The notes below the pieces were generated by a model. The model saw nothing but the letters and a program-made list of their open reading frames with translations, was not told where the DNA came from and ran no database searches. A DNA stretch of 64,000 nt from an uncultured Alphaproteobacteria bacterium (GTDB lineage Bacteria > Pseudomonadota > Alphaproteobacteria > Micavibrionales > CSBR16-224): contig CATLPD010000001.1 in assembly GCA_950054485.1 (NCBI GenBank), forward strand, positions 623,255-687,254, read 5' to 3'. Position numbers and translations under genes: made by a program. Of the stretch, positions 17,831 through 28,504 are shown piece by piece; position 1 is the stretch's first letter; the number at the start of each line of letters is the position of its first letter.

Positions 17831-18361
17831 ATGGCATTGCATCATAAAATTGCGCCGAAAAACAAGCGCGGCGAAAATCTAGTCATTGAAACGGCATTTG
17901 TAAAACTGGCGGATCAGGCGCTTTTGGTGGGGCTTTCTGACAACAGGATATGTTTTGCAGGGTTTGCAGATGATAAAGATGTTATTGCCAAATATTATCC
18001 GAAGGCAGAGATTGTTGATTTTACAGGTAATCGTCATTCCCTAGAACGTAAATTGCAGGACATCTGGCAAGACGATCAGCTTAACGATCTTGATATCTAT
18101 GTCGAAGGAACAGGTTTTCAAATCGATGTTTGGAAACACCTGATGAAAATTCGGGCCGGGCAGCCACTGAATTATCGTGATATTGCAGGTAAACTGAACA
18201 AATCAAAAGCCATGCGCGCGGTTGGCAATGCCGTTGGCGCAAACCCCGTCAGTGTGTTTATCCCTTGTCACCGTGTCGTGCATGCGGGCGGCAATAAAAT
18301 GGGCTATGCCTGGGGTGTTGATGTTAAAAAACAATTGTTACTGGCGGAACAAAATCTTTAA
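17831..18361 (+). CDS. ogt: methylated-DNA--protein-cysteine methyltransferase
   Basis: 176 aa. Active site IPCHRVV, upstream GNAVGANPVSVF, and the Y-x-G motif. Confidence 0.85.
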   Translation: MALHHKIAPKNKRGENLVIETAFVKLADQALLVGLSDNRICFAGFADDKDVIAKYYPKAEIVDFTGNRHSLERKLQDIWQDDQLNDLDIYVEGTGFQIDVWKHLMKIRAGQPLNYRDIAGKLNKSKAMRAVGNAVGANPVSVFIPCHRVVHAGGNKMGYAWGVDVKKQLLLAEQNL

Positions 18362-19254
18362 GGCTTGGCGCTGGGCTTCAATGTCTTTTTATGATGGGGG
18401 CTAGGGTTGCCCTTGGCTTTTAGCAGTTCCTCTGCGGCGCGCTCCAGAATGTCTTTTTGCCGCGCCAAATCATTGAAATTGCGAATTGTTTGAGACAGGC
18501 TGGATGTTTCGCCGTCTGAATATCTTGTAACGTATTTAACGTCTTCGGCAAAAAAATCGTAAATTTCGTATGAGGTCAGGTTATGCGGCATGGTACGCGT
18601 TCTGATGATTGTATGCTCACCCGCTTTTTCCCACCCACTGGCGCTTACTTCATATGATGCATAGGGGCTTAAAAGCTCGTGGCGTAATTCATTTGGAATC
18701 ATCGCCATAACAATATCCAGATAATCCTTGGCGGGGCTACCGGCTTTTAAATATTTTTGGGCTAATCCGGTTAAATCAGACATCTGGATTTTTTCTTCTT
18801 TTACGAGAGACGTTAATAATTCTGGTGGACCGGATATGATCAATGCTTCAATGGCATGACGGGGGAGTTGTGCCCCTTTTTCCATCAGGCTGTTTACAAT
18901 TTCGGGGTCTAGGTTGCCACCAAAGATATGAAGTTCAAGCCATGTGGATAATAGCTTTTTATCGGCCATACTGTAATCAAACAAAAGGTCCTGAGCTTCT
19001 TTCACATCATGCCATCTGGCGGCCCCATTGATGATATGTACTGTATAATCTCTTTCAACTATGATGCTTAAAATGCGGGCCATTTTCCAGACATCCGGCT
19101 GACCGCCGTGCAAGACCAGATTTTCCAGTCGTCTGCGGCATGTCGGGCCTGCATATGTTTCAGTTCCTTGATCCCATTCGGCATCATAAGCCGGATGATT
19201 TAAAATAAAATCTTCCCAAGTTTCTGTTTTTGATTTCGAAATTTTAAGTTTCAT
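18358..19254 (-). CDS. hypothetical protein (298 aa ORFan)
   Basis: Long uninterrupted ORF convergent with ogt (4 nt overlap). No motif I recognise. Lys/Pro-rich C-terminal tail. Confidence 0.55.
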   Translation of the reverse strand: MKLKISKSKTETWEDFILNHPAYDAEWDQGTETYAGPTCRRRLENLVLHGGQPDVWKMARILSIIVERDYTVHIINGAARWHDVKEAQDLLFDYSMADKKLLSTWLELHIFGGNLDPEIVNSLMEKGAQLPRHAIEALIISGPPELLTSLVKEEKIQMSDLTGLAQKYLKAGSPAKDYLDIVMAMIPNELRHELLSPYASYEVSASGWEKAGEHTIIRTRTMPHNLTSYEIYDFFAEDVKYVTRYSDGETSSLSQTIRNFNDLARQKDILERAAEELLKAKGNPSPHHKKTLKPSAKP

Positions 19255-19373
19255 TTTATGACCCGTTTACAAATACGGATAAACATAACAACGCAACATA
19301 ATATCGCCAATCAAAATAAGAAAAGACCGCGCGAAAAAACGAACGGCCTTTTAAAATTTATTTTACAAAGGGA

Positions 19374-19883
19374 TTATGCCTTTTTCTTGTCTTTCGTGTC
19401 AGCTTTATCGGTGCCTTCTGCCTGGCGACGCTGTGCTTCTTGGGCATAGATCGCTTCAAAGCTGATCGGCTGCATGTAAAGCGGCGGAAAGCCGGCTTTA
19501 ACAGTCGCGTCAGCCACGATTTCGCGTGCAAACGGGAATAACATCTTCGGCACTTCGATCATCAGAACGGCCTGGATATTGTCTTCAGGAATGTTTTTCA
19601 ATTGTACTGTTGCGCCATAGGCCAGCTCGACAATAAAAGCGACATTATTATCTTGTTTCGGTACGCGGGCCTCGATGCGGAACATCAGGGCCGCTTCATA
19701 TAGATCATCTTTTAATTGCTGCGTGCGGATGTTGATCTGTACGTTTGTTTCAGGTGCGCCCCAACCGCCGACAATGCTGGCCGGACTGTTTGGATTTTCA
19801 ATCGACATGTCCTTGATGTATTGTGCCATGACCTGCATGGATGGGGCTTTGCTTTCAGGGGTTTCCATTTTCTTATCAGCCAT
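19374..19883 (-). CDS. secB: protein-export chaperone SecB
   Basis: 169 aa. QVMAQYIKDMSIENPNSP...LFPFAREIVADATVKAGFPPLYMQPISFEAIY is typical of SecB. Confidence 0.9.
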   Translation of the reverse strand: MADKKMETPESKAPSMQVMAQYIKDMSIENPNSPASIVGGWGAPETNVQINIRTQQLKDDLYEAALMFRIEARVPKQDNNVAFIVELAYGATVQLKNIPEDNIQAVLMIEVPKMLFPFAREIVADATVKAGFPPLYMQPISFEAIYAQEAQRRQAEGTDKADTKDKKKA

Positions 19884-19953
19884 TGATTTTTCTCCTTAAA
19901 ATGTAAATGAATTGTTCCATTGGGATAGCATGGTATCTTTTGTATGACAAGGC

Positions 19954-20445
19954 TTAGTCGTCTTTTTCAGTGATGTCAGTATATTCACCTTCGATAATAT
20001 TGGGCCTGTTATTCGGGCGGGGCTTTTGATGTTTTTCATCTTCTTCGCGCTTCATGCGGAACATCTCCTCGCTTGAAAAGTTGCTTTGTTGAAAAAAGAC
20101 GCCCGGTAATTGTTTGATGTTATGTTTCAATAGGGCGCGGATCGGCGGCAAAAATAATAAAAACCCGACCGTATCGGTCACAAACCCCGGTGTCAGCAGC
20201 AATAATCCCGCGGCAAAAAGGCATAGCCCGTCAAACATTTCACTGAGGGGGGCTTCGTTTCGGGCCAGTTTCTGCTGGGCACGCTGAATGGTCTGGAACC
20301 CCTGCGCGCGCAGCAAAGCCATGCCCATGATGGCGGTTAATACGGTCAGCATTAATGTGTTCAAAATGCCGATATATTGCCCCGCCTTTACAAAGACGAT
20401 AACCTCAAGCACGGGAATGAATAAAAATAGCACGAAATAAAACAT
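19954..20445 (-). CDS. fxsA: FxsA family membrane protein
   Basis: Track ORF extends to 20556. ATG 20445 gives MFYFVLFLFIPVLEVIVFVKAGQYIGILNTLMLTVLTAIMGMALLRAQG and later LLLTPGFVTDTVGFLLFLPPIR, the FxsA signature. Confidence 0.75.
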   Translation of the reverse strand: MFYFVLFLFIPVLEVIVFVKAGQYIGILNTLMLTVLTAIMGMALLRAQGFQTIQRAQQKLARNEAPLSEMFDGLCLFAAGLLLLTPGFVTDTVGFLLFLPPIRALLKHNIKQLPGVFFQQSNFSSEEMFRMKREEDEKHQKPRPNNRPNIIEGEYTDITEKDD

Positions 20446-20536
20446 ATCTTTACGAAAAACCTTTATAATGGTTGTATTGCATCTGATCCGGCATAGGTTA
20501 CTATAGAATCGTATAAATACGAAAGGTCTTAATATC

Positions 20537-21226
20537 ATGTCATTAGACATTATCATTTTCGCTGTGGTTGCCGCCGTATTGGTAGCGCGCCTGAAATCTA
20601 TATTGGGAACAAAACACGGGGATGAACGAAAGCGTTCGAATCCCTTTGCCGGAATGGATGGAAAGGTTGCAAATCAGGCATCCCAGACGGCGCGTCTGGA
20701 TGCGAACGTTGAAAATATAGCGCATACATTGATTATTGATGACAAGATCATAAAGGCTGAAGATCCGGCAGCCGTCAAACAGGGCATTAAAGATATTGAT
20801 GCGGCAGATCAAAATTTTGATTTGAATGAATTTATGCACGGCGCCCGCATGGCCTTTCAGATGATTACCGAGGCCTTTGCCGAAGGCGATCGTGAAACAT
20901 TGAAATCCCTTCTGTCGGAAGATTTGTATAAAAGTTTTGAGCGCGTGATCAAAACCCGTGAAGATCAAAAGCTGACCGCCAGCTACGAATTACACCGTAT
21001 CAAAGATGCCCGTATCGCAGATGCGCGCCTTGGCGGCGTCATGGCCTATGTCACCGTTGATTTTGATGTTGAAAATACCGCAACCCTGAAAGACTCCAAA
21101 GGCAAAATGGTCGAGGGTGACCCCGATAAAATCGCCGAAGTTCACGATATATGGACTTTTGCCCGCGATGTACGTGCCGATGATCCGAATTGGGAATTGG
21201 TATCCACCCGCATCGGCGACGGTTAA
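20537..21226 (+). CDS. Tim44-like domain protein
   Basis: 229 aa. N-terminal TM (IIIFAVVAAVLVARL) and a C-terminal Tim44-like domain. It sits in the conserved alphaproteobacterial position next to secB/fxsA and upstream of mltA. Confidence 0.8.
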   Translation: MSLDIIIFAVVAAVLVARLKSILGTKHGDERKRSNPFAGMDGKVANQASQTARLDANVENIAHTLIIDDKIIKAEDPAAVKQGIKDIDAADQNFDLNEFMHGARMAFQMITEAFAEGDRETLKSLLSEDLYKSFERVIKTREDQKLTASYELHRIKDARIADARLGGVMAYVTVDFDVENTATLKDSKGKMVEGDPDKIAEVHDIWTFARDVRADDPNWELVSTRIGDG

Positions 21227-21385
21227 AAGCTTTCATTTTTTCCTGAATACATCATCAAGTTTCGGCTTGTGTATTTGAAATATACTTCACCTCACTTTCT
21301 TAGTTTTTAGAAAAACTTGTTCGCTTTCTGATTTCTGAACTATTTGATTCTTTATTTTTACAGGGCGGGGGCGTAATATTCTGTC

Positions 21386-22627
21386 ATGAAAAAATTATCT
21401 CTGCTTTTTGCCTTATGTTTTCTTTGTGTTTCTCTGGATGCCTGTTCGTCATTTTCGGGCGAAGGGGCAAAAGAAAGTGAAGATGACCCGCTGAAATCCC
21501 TTTATTTAAAACCTGTCGCTATTCAGGATGTCGCTATCTATGACAGTGCAAATATGGATGGCTTTGCTGCTGCGGTTTCAAAATCATGTGCGGCTTTTGC
21601 CAAAAAAGACCCGGCATCGTCCTATGGTCCGACCGATCTGGGCGGAACAGCCGGAGACTGGATCAATGTTTGTGCCCTTGCCGGTGACAGCGCCGATAAA
21701 AACTGGCTTGAAGGTCACTTTAACGCCTATCAGGTTCAGGATGATGGTGACGCAAAGGGGCTTTTCACAGGGTATTACGAGCCGTTATTGCACGGATCAC
21801 TTAAGAAAACCGACAGATATAATGTGCCGCTCTATATGTTGCCGAATGATCTGATCGAGGTTGATCTGGGGCAGTTCAGTGATGACCTGAAAGGCAAGAA
21901 GGTTTCGGGGCGCGTAAAAGATAATCGTCTCATTCCTTATGATGACCGTGCTGCGATTGATGCGGGCGCGCTTGACGGGCGTGATCTGGAACTGGTCTGG
22001 GTTGATGATGCGGTGGATGCGTTTTTCCTGCAAATTCAGGGCTCGGGTCTTGTTGAAATGACTGATGGTTCTATCATGCGGGTCGGCTATGCGGGACAGA
22101 ACGGGCGGTCCTATTATGCAATCGGGCGTGATCTGATCAAGCGCGGCGAAGTCGCTAAGGAAGACATGTCCCTGCAGGCTATACGCAAATGGCTGGATGA
22201 AAACCCCAATCAGGCGGGTGATCTGATGCAATTAAATCCGTCCTATATCTTCTTTAGAAAGCTTGAGGGCGATGGGCCGCTGGGTGCACAGGGGGTGGCT
22301 TTGACGCCGATGGCAAGTCTGGCCGTTGATCGCCGCGTTTATCCCTACGGTATGCCGGTATTGCTACAGGCTGATCAGCCGCTTGAAAAAGGTGAAATTC
22401 AGCAGTTTATGGTTGCGCAAGATACGGGTGGGGCGATCCGCGGTGTTGTGCGTGGTGATGTTTTTTGGGGGGCTGGCGAAGGTGCGGCCCTGAAAGCTGG
22501 ACACATGAAAAGTGATGGAAAAATGTGGATATTCCTTCCAAACACAATCAATGTACCTGAGAAATTTTTACGCCAGCCAAGCGCATTTGACCGCATAACG
22601 GATTTATTTAAAGAATGGATGAAATGA
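21386..22627 (+). CDS. mltA: murein transglycosylase A
   Basis: 413 aa lipoprotein (LCVSLDAC). MltA-specific and 3D domains: FTGYYEPLLHGS..., ALTPMASLAVDRRVYPYGMPVLL..., VAQDTGGAIRG. Confidence 0.85.
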   Translation: MKKLSLLFALCFLCVSLDACSSFSGEGAKESEDDPLKSLYLKPVAIQDVAIYDSANMDGFAAAVSKSCAAFAKKDPASSYGPTDLGGTAGDWINVCALAGDSADKNWLEGHFNAYQVQDDGDAKGLFTGYYEPLLHGSLKKTDRYNVPLYMLPNDLIEVDLGQFSDDLKGKKVSGRVKDNRLIPYDDRAAIDAGALDGRDLELVWVDDAVDAFFLQIQGSGLVEMTDGSIMRVGYAGQNGRSYYAIGRDLIKRGEVAKEDMSLQAIRKWLDENPNQAGDLMQLNPSYIFFRKLEGDGPLGAQGVALTPMASLAVDRRVYPYGMPVLLQADQPLEKGEIQQFMVAQDTGGAIRGVVRGDVFWGAGEGAALKAGHMKSDGKMWIFLPNTINVPEKFLRQPSAFDRITDLFKEWMK

Positions 22628-23460
22628 ACCAGAATAAGCCCGAAAATTTCGGCACGTACAGCCTGCCCGATTTCGGGCAAAAACTGATGAAGATTGCGCA
22701 AGGTTTTCCGGCGACATGGATGGGGCGGCGCGGGGCCTTGGCTATGCGTAAAATTGTTTCAAAGCTTTATAAAAAAGATGTGATTGACGCCGAGGTTGAA
22801 GGTGTACGCGTACGCTGTCATATGAATGACAATGTGTCAGAGCGCAAGTTTTTATTCACGCCCCAATTCTTTGATGTTGATGAACGTAAACTTATATCGG
22901 CAGAGCTGCCGAGAGACGGCATTTTTCTTGATATTGGTGCAAACGCAGGTTTATACACTTTGTGGGCATCAAAGCACCTGGGTGATGATGGTAAATGTAT
23001 TTCAATCGAACCGAACCCTGCCGTGCGCCGTCGCTTGCAGGAAAATCTGGCCCTGAACGGTTTTACCGAACGTGTTAAAATTATACCTTTTGGCGTATCG
23101 GATGCAGCGGGTCATTTTACCCTGTATCTGGATGAAAAAAATCTTGGCGGGTCCAGCATTGTTAAAACCCATGATAAAAAATCCAGCGCCATCGATGTTA
23201 AATGTTATCCATTGGCTGACATATTAAACGATTGCCAGATCGATAAACTTGATATTCTGAAGATTGATATCGAGGGCGCGGAAGCAAAGGTGTTGCGTCC
23301 GTTTTTTGATACCGTTGATGCGTCACTCTATCCCGGGCATATGATTATCGAAAACAGTCAGGATGTTCGCGAAAGCGGTTTGATTGATTATCTGATGGCA
23401 GATAAGGGTTATCGCCTTGTCAAAACCACTCGCATGAATTTTATTCTGTCGAAAGTCTGA
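22615..23460 (+). CDS. FkbM family methyltransferase
   Basis: 281 aa. SAM-binding FLDIGANAGLYTLWASK...CISIEPNP and downstream LKIDIEGAE are typical of FkbM. Confidence 0.75.
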   Translation: MDEMNQNKPENFGTYSLPDFGQKLMKIAQGFPATWMGRRGALAMRKIVSKLYKKDVIDAEVEGVRVRCHMNDNVSERKFLFTPQFFDVDERKLISAELPRDGIFLDIGANAGLYTLWASKHLGDDGKCISIEPNPAVRRRLQENLALNGFTERVKIIPFGVSDAAGHFTLYLDEKNLGGSSIVKTHDKKSSAIDVKCYPLADILNDCQIDKLDILKIDIEGAEAKVLRPFFDTVDASLYPGHMIIENSQDVRESGLIDYLMADKGYRLVKTTRMNFILSKV

Positions 23461-23988
23461 TTATTTAACAATATTTTCAACCGACTTGACACGTGCCGCA
23501 ACGTTGCCATGAAAACCGCCGGAATCAACCTGATCCTGCAGATCCGCAAAGCTGCCGTAATAAACGAATTGCTGACGTGTCAGGAGGCGATTATAGTCCA
23601 TGATAATCTGGCTGTCGGTTGAGATCGGGAACATGATAAATCCCTCAAAACCGTCATTTGCGATTCTGTCGGGTACGGCTGCCATGACCTCGTATTTCTG
23701 GTTCTGTACGCGTACACAGTCTGCAAGGCTGAGGTTCTGACGTTTGCAAGCGATAATGGCGCGCATAACATCCTGATCATTGACGTATCGTTTTTGCGGC
23801 GGAGCAACGTCCGTCAGCTTGATTTTACGAACAACGTGTTTCTTTTGCACTTTTTCTATCAATGATACATTCGCGGGCGTCGGGCCGCGTGATGTTTGAG
23901 ACTTCAAGACATATCCAACAATGCCGACGACTACCATCACAATTAGAACAATGGCTGTTTTTTTAACGATATCAGGCGATGGGTTCAT
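23461..23988 (-). CDS. hypothetical membrane-anchored protein
   Basis: 175 aa with one N-terminal TM (AIVLIVMVVVGIVGYVL). No recognisable family. Confidence 0.5.
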   Translation of the reverse strand: MNPSPDIVKKTAIVLIVMVVVGIVGYVLKSQTSRGPTPANVSLIEKVQKKHVVRKIKLTDVAPPQKRYVNDQDVMRAIIACKRQNLSLADCVRVQNQKYEVMAAVPDRIANDGFEGFIMFPISTDSQIIMDYNRLLTRQQFVYYGSFADLQDQVDSGGFHGNVAARVKSVENIVK

Positions 23989-24007
23989 GGAAACTGACCT
24001 TTAAAGT

Positions 24008-24934
24008 TTATTTTCTTTGCGGCGCTGCAAAATCATGGGCACGTTCCAGCACATCATCCAGAAACGGCACGGATGATTGGGCCCCCTGCGCACGGCACGC
24101 AAGACTGCCGGCGATGGATGCACAGTGAAAAGCCTCGTCAAAGCGATACTTCTGATCCAGTAATGACACCAGATACCCAAGGAAACAGTCACCGGCCCCT
24201 GTCGGGTCGATGACCTTGTCAACGGGATAGGCATCAACATGCCATCCCTGACCGTCGTAACAGGCGTACGAACCTTTCGACCCGCAGGTGGTGACACAAT
24301 CCAGTTTGAATTCGCGAGACAGCGTCTGTGTCAATTCGGGAATGTCCCCGTTTGAATTCATTTTCAAGTGATCCATTAAAATCCTGATTTCGCGGGCATT
24401 CAAAAACAGCAGGTCGGTTAACTCAAGGATATCGCGGTTTGCGTATTGCGGTGGGCTGGCGTTTAAAACCGTTCTGGCGCCACGGTCTTTTGCGCGGCGG
24501 AATAGGTCAATGGTTTGTTCAACAGGAATTAGCAATTGGGCAACAACTGTGTTGCTTGCGTTCAGGATCTCGTTCGGCACTTGCTCGGACGTGGTCTCCA
24601 TATTTGCGCCCTCGCAGGATATGATCGTCATATCCTCGCCAATGCCGGGCAGCATATACGAGCAGCCGGTCGGGCGGTCAACCATACCGATTCCGGACCC
24701 CAGAATAGATTCGCGTTTCAAGTTTTGTGTGGATCTGCGGCCAAATGCATCGTCACCAATGCGTCCGATGATGGCGGTCTTTGATCCGGCGCGGCTGGCA
24801 GAAAAGGCTTGATTGGCCCCTTTACCGCCCGGAAAACTATCATAATCGTCGCAACGGATATGCTGGCCCAATTCTGGCAGTTTTTCCGCCGGGATATAGA
24901 CGTCAATTTCCAATGTCCCGAATACAATGATCAT
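24008..24934 (-). CDS. PfkB family carbohydrate kinase (ribokinase-like)
   Basis: 308 aa. N-terminal FPGGKGANQA and C-terminal DPTGAGDCFLGYL are PfkB signatures 1 and 2. Confidence 0.8.
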   Translation of the reverse strand: MIIVFGTLEIDVYIPAEKLPELGQHIRCDDYDSFPGGKGANQAFSASRAGSKTAIIGRIGDDAFGRRSTQNLKRESILGSGIGMVDRPTGCSYMLPGIGEDMTIISCEGANMETTSEQVPNEILNASNTVVAQLLIPVEQTIDLFRRAKDRGARTVLNASPPQYANRDILELTDLLFLNAREIRILMDHLKMNSNGDIPELTQTLSREFKLDCVTTCGSKGSYACYDGQGWHVDAYPVDKVIDPTGAGDCFLGYLVSLLDQKYRFDEAFHCASIAGSLACRAQGAQSSVPFLDDVLERAHDFAAPQRK

Positions 24935-25082
24935 TTTTCCCTCGTCTTCTACAGTCTATCAAAAACCCCTTAAATATCAGTATATAACAAAATAGATCAT
25001 TTCATATATAAAGTTTTGGGTTGCATCACAGGGCTAATTTTTCTAAACATAATAAAAACAAAAACCAATGGGCAGACGTGTC

Positions 25083-26345
25083 ATGGACCATTATTATCAG
25101 GCCTTTTTCGAAAAGCGTATCGAAGACCTTCACAGGGAAAAACGTTACCGCGTTTTTGCTGATCTGGAACGCCGTGTCGGCGAATTTCCGGTCGCAACAT
25201 ACCGTGATGGCGACACAATCAAGGATGTTACAATCTGGTGCAGCAATGATTATCTGGGCATGGGCCAGCATCCGAAGGTTCTGGATGCCATGTGCGAAGC
25301 TGTTAAGACGGCAGGTGCGGGGGCCGGCGGAACACGTAATATTTCGGGCACCACCCATTACCATGTAACATTGGAAGACGAGCTTGCCGATTTGCACGGC
25401 AAGGAATCGGCGCTTTTATTCTCTTCAGGTTACATCTCGAACGAGGCAGCGCTCAGTACCCTCGCAAAACTGCTGCCGGACTGTGTGGTCTTTTCGGATG
25501 AAAAAAACCACGCCTCCATGATTGCAGGTATTCGTCACAGCGGCGCTGAAAAATATATTTTCCGTCACAACGATCTGGCGCATCTGGAGCAATTGTTGAA
25601 ATCCGTTGATTTATGCCGCCCGAAAATTATCGCCTTTGAATCGGTTTATTCAATGGATGGTGATTTTGCCCCGATTGAGGCGATCTGCGATCTGGCCGAT
25701 AAATATGCGGCGATGACCTATATCGACGAAGTCCATGCGGTCGGTATGTATGGTGACCGCGGTGCCGGCGTTGCTGAAAAGCTGGGCCTGATGGATCGTA
25801 TCGACGTGATCGAAGGCACATTGGGTAAAGCCTATGGTGTCATGGGCGGATATATCGCGGCAAAGCGTAATATTATTGATGTTGTGCGTTCCTATGCTTC
25901 CAGCTTTATTTTTACAACATCCCTGCCGCCTGCCGTTATGGCCGGTGCGACAGCCAGCATCATGCATCTGAAAGTCTCGCAAATCGAACGTGCCCGCCAG
26001 CAAGAACGCGCACAAAAGCTGAAATCGATGCTGCGGGATGCCGGAATTCCGCAGGTGAATTCACCCAGTCATATTGTCCCTGTTATGGTCGCAGATCCGA
26101 AACGCTGCAAACAGGCAACCGATCTTTTATTGTCAAAACACAATATCTATGTGCAGCCGATTAATTATCCAACTGTTCCACGCGGGACAGAGCGCCTGCG
26201 CTTGACCCCCGGACCATTGCATAATGATGCCATGATGCAGCACTTGGTGGATGCGCTGGTTGATGTCTGGCATGTGCTGGGACTGGCGTTCGAGGATAAC
26301 AAGTCCGAAGGGGCCACGGCGGATATCATTCCGTTGGCTGTCTAA
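25083..26345 (+). CDS. hemA: 5-aminolevulinate synthase
   Basis: Track ORF starts at 25068. ATG 25083 gives [31 protein letters not shown]...[13 protein letters not shown]...GTLGKA (PLP lysine), typical of ALAS of the alpha-oxoamine synthase family. Confidence 0.93.
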   Translation: MDHYYQAFFEKRIEDLHREKRYRVFADLERRVGEFPVATYRDGDTIKDVTIWCSNDYLGMGQHPKVLDAMCEAVKTAGAGAGGTRNISGTTHYHVTLEDELADLHGKESALLFSSGYISNEAALSTLAKLLPDCVVFSDEKNHASMIAGIRHSGAEKYIFRHNDLAHLEQLLKSVDLCRPKIIAFESVYSMDGDFAPIEAICDLADKYAAMTYIDEVHAVGMYGDRGAGVAEKLGLMDRIDVIEGTLGKAYGVMGGYIAAKRNIIDVVRSYASSFIFTTSLPPAVMAGATASIMHLKVSQIERARQQERAQKLKSMLRDAGIPQVNSPSHIVPVMVADPKRCKQATDLLLSKHNIYVQPINYPTVPRGTERLRLTPGPLHNDAMMQHLVDALVDVWHVLGLAFEDNKSEGATADIIPLAV

Positions 26346-27307
26346 TGCAGGTTTACACTCATAAAACAGGTTTTCCTGAGAATATGCGGGGCGGCGTCGT
26401 TGCGATCGGCAATTTTGACGGTGTTCATAAAGGTCATCAGGTCCTGATTAATTCGGCCATTCAGAAGGCAAAAGCCCTTGGCAAACCTTGCGGTATTCTA
26501 AGTTTTTCCCCGCACCCAAGACGTTTTTTCAACCCTGATAGCGCGCCGTTTCGACTGACGTCGATTAAGCAGAAGGCGCGTGTGTTAAAATCATTGGGCG
26601 TTGATTTTGTGGCTATTGAAGCGTTTGATAGGGAGCTAAGCAGCTTATCGCCTTTGGAATTCGTTACAAAAATACTGGTTGAAAAATACGGTTTTTCATT
26701 TGTTGTCGCCGGTTTTAACTTTTACTTCGGGGCTAAACGCGCGGGCAATGCAGATGATCTGATGCGGATGGCAAAGGAAAACGGCATTGATGTCATGATT
26801 CAGGATGAAGTCAAAAGCGGAGATCGCAATTATTCTTCCAGTAGCATTCGTGATTACATACGCGAGGGTGAATTTGCGCCTGCGAATGAAATGCTTGGCT
26901 GGAGATGGGAGATCGAAGGCGAGGTTTTGCACGGTGACAAGCGCGGCCGTGAATTGGGATATCCCACCGCCAATCAAAGTTTAAAAGATTATTTGCGCCC
27001 GCCCTACGGGGTTTATGCCGTGCGTGCCAGCCTGAAACAGGATCATCTAAAGCCGGGCAAATGGTATCACGGCGTTGCCAATTTGGGCATTCGTCCAATG
27101 TTTGAAGTGGATGAACCGCTTCTTGAAACTTGTATTTTTGATTTCAATGATGATATATATGGTCAAAACCTGCGCGTGCAGCCCGTTATGCGCCTGCGGG
27201 GGGAACAATATTTCCCGAACGTAGAAGACCTGATGGAACAGATGAAGCGTGATGAATTGGCGGCGCGCCGGATATTGGAAAATTATAATGAACAAATTTC
27301 AGTATAG
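26345..27307 (+). CDS. ribF: bifunctional riboflavin kinase / FAD synthetase
   Basis: 320 aa. VVAIGNFDGVHKGHQ in the N-terminal adenylyltransferase domain; GDKRGRELGYPTAN...GVANLGIRP in the kinase domain. Its start shares the TAATG with the hemA stop. Confidence 0.9.
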   Translation: MQVYTHKTGFPENMRGGVVAIGNFDGVHKGHQVLINSAIQKAKALGKPCGILSFSPHPRRFFNPDSAPFRLTSIKQKARVLKSLGVDFVAIEAFDRELSSLSPLEFVTKILVEKYGFSFVVAGFNFYFGAKRAGNADDLMRMAKENGIDVMIQDEVKSGDRNYSSSSIRDYIREGEFAPANEMLGWRWEIEGEVLHGDKRGRELGYPTANQSLKDYLRPPYGVYAVRASLKQDHLKPGKWYHGVANLGIRPMFEVDEPLLETCIFDFNDDIYGQNLRVQPVMRLRGEQYFPNVEDLMEQMKRDELAARRILENYNEQISV

Positions 27308-27842
27308 CAGTTTTGTTTTGGCACTGATCGTTATTGATCAGATTTCGAAATGGTATGTCTTTGAAGGGGTGTTGCGTGTACGCGGCGGTGCGAAAAATTT
27401 TCTGGATTGGTTGACATCGGGCCAATCGATCGAAGATACGATTGCAAGCCTGCAGCAATTTCAGGTGATCGAGGTGACATCCTTTTTCAATCTGGTTGCG
27501 GTCTGGAATACGGGCGTCAGTTTCGGACTGTTGCAGGATGCGCCTGATTTTATGCCGACAGCACTGACATCTTTTGCGGTTATCGTATCGATTGTGATTT
27601 TTGTCTGGGGCATGCGCGCGCGTTACGCGCTTGAACGCTATGCGGCCCTACTGATTTCAGCGGGTGCCCTTGGCAATGCGCTGGATCGATTCCGTTTCAA
27701 GGCTGTTGCGGATTTTATTGATATCCACGCTTTCGGTTATCACTGGCCGGCATTTAATGTGGCGGATGCATCTATTGTACTGGGCGCAGCGCTGTTAATC
27801 GTGTATATTATTTCGGTACCATCCGAGGGAGCAAAAGAATGA
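27288..27842 (+). CDS. lspA: signal peptidase II
   Basis: Track ORF starts at 27249. ATG 27288 gives MNKFQYSSFVLALIVIDQISKWYV...AVWNTGVSFG...GALGNALDR...VADFID...FNVAD, the LspA conserved blocks. Confidence 0.85.
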   Translation: MNKFQYSSFVLALIVIDQISKWYVFEGVLRVRGGAKNFLDWLTSGQSIEDTIASLQQFQVIEVTSFFNLVAVWNTGVSFGLLQDAPDFMPTALTSFAVIVSIVIFVWGMRARYALERYAALLISAGALGNALDRFRFKAVADFIDIHAFGYHWPAFNVADASIVLGAALLIVYIISVPSEGAKE

Positions 27843-28372
27843 AAAAACACATTGCGATATTGGCCTGCCTTGTGCTTGTTCTATCAGGCTGTTCACAGGT
27901 TCGTGAAGAACTGGGCTTGAACAGAAATTCACCGGATGAATTCACAGTTGTAAAACGTGCGCCTTTGACTATGCCACCGGGCTATAATCTTTTTCCGCCG
28001 GGTGAAGTTACAAATGACGCTGCTGTAGAAAGAACATCGGACGAGGCCAAAGTCGCCGTTTTCGGGTCGACTTCGGAGACAAAATCAACACCGGATGATA
28101 GCGAACAGGCTTTTTTACAAAAGATTGGTGCTGACGAGGCCGATTCTTCAATCCGCAGCAAGATTGACCGTGAAAACGGCTATGTGACCTTGGAAAAACA
28201 ATCAACAATTGAAAAACTTTTCAAACGGACATCGCCTGAAGACGCTGTCATCGTTGATCCTGAAAAAGAGTCTGAACGTTTGCGTGAAAACGTGGAATCG
28301 GGCCGTCCAATCACAAGCGGTGAAGTGCCGACTATTGAAAAGAAAAAAAGCACGATAGATAAGCTGTTCTAA
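27839..28372 (+). CDS. DUF3035 family lipoprotein
   Basis: 177 aa. Lipobox LSGC. The motif SPDEFTVVKRAPLTMPPGYNLFPP matches my memory of DUF3035, commonly downstream of lspA in alphaproteobacteria. ATGA overlap with lspA. Confidence 0.65.
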   Translation: MKKHIAILACLVLVLSGCSQVREELGLNRNSPDEFTVVKRAPLTMPPGYNLFPPGEVTNDAAVERTSDEAKVAVFGSTSETKSTPDDSEQAFLQKIGADEADSSIRSKIDRENGYVTLEKQSTIEKLFKRTSPEDAVIVDPEKESERLRENVESGRPITSGEVPTIEKKKSTIDKLF

Positions 28373-28398
28373 TTTTCCCACTATCCAGGTAAGTAAGA

Positions 28399-28427
28399 TG
28401 GAGCGGTTCATACCGCTCTTTATTTTT
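28399..28427 (+). terminator. rho-independent terminator
   Basis: gagcgg (28401-28406), loop ttcata, ccgctc (28413-28418), followed by tttattttt. Confidence 0.7.
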
Positions 28428-28504
28428 ACATATTTACCTATTTTTAATAAAAATATTCCATAATAATACAATATTAACGGAGATGTATTTTATGGGGGTA
28501 AATA

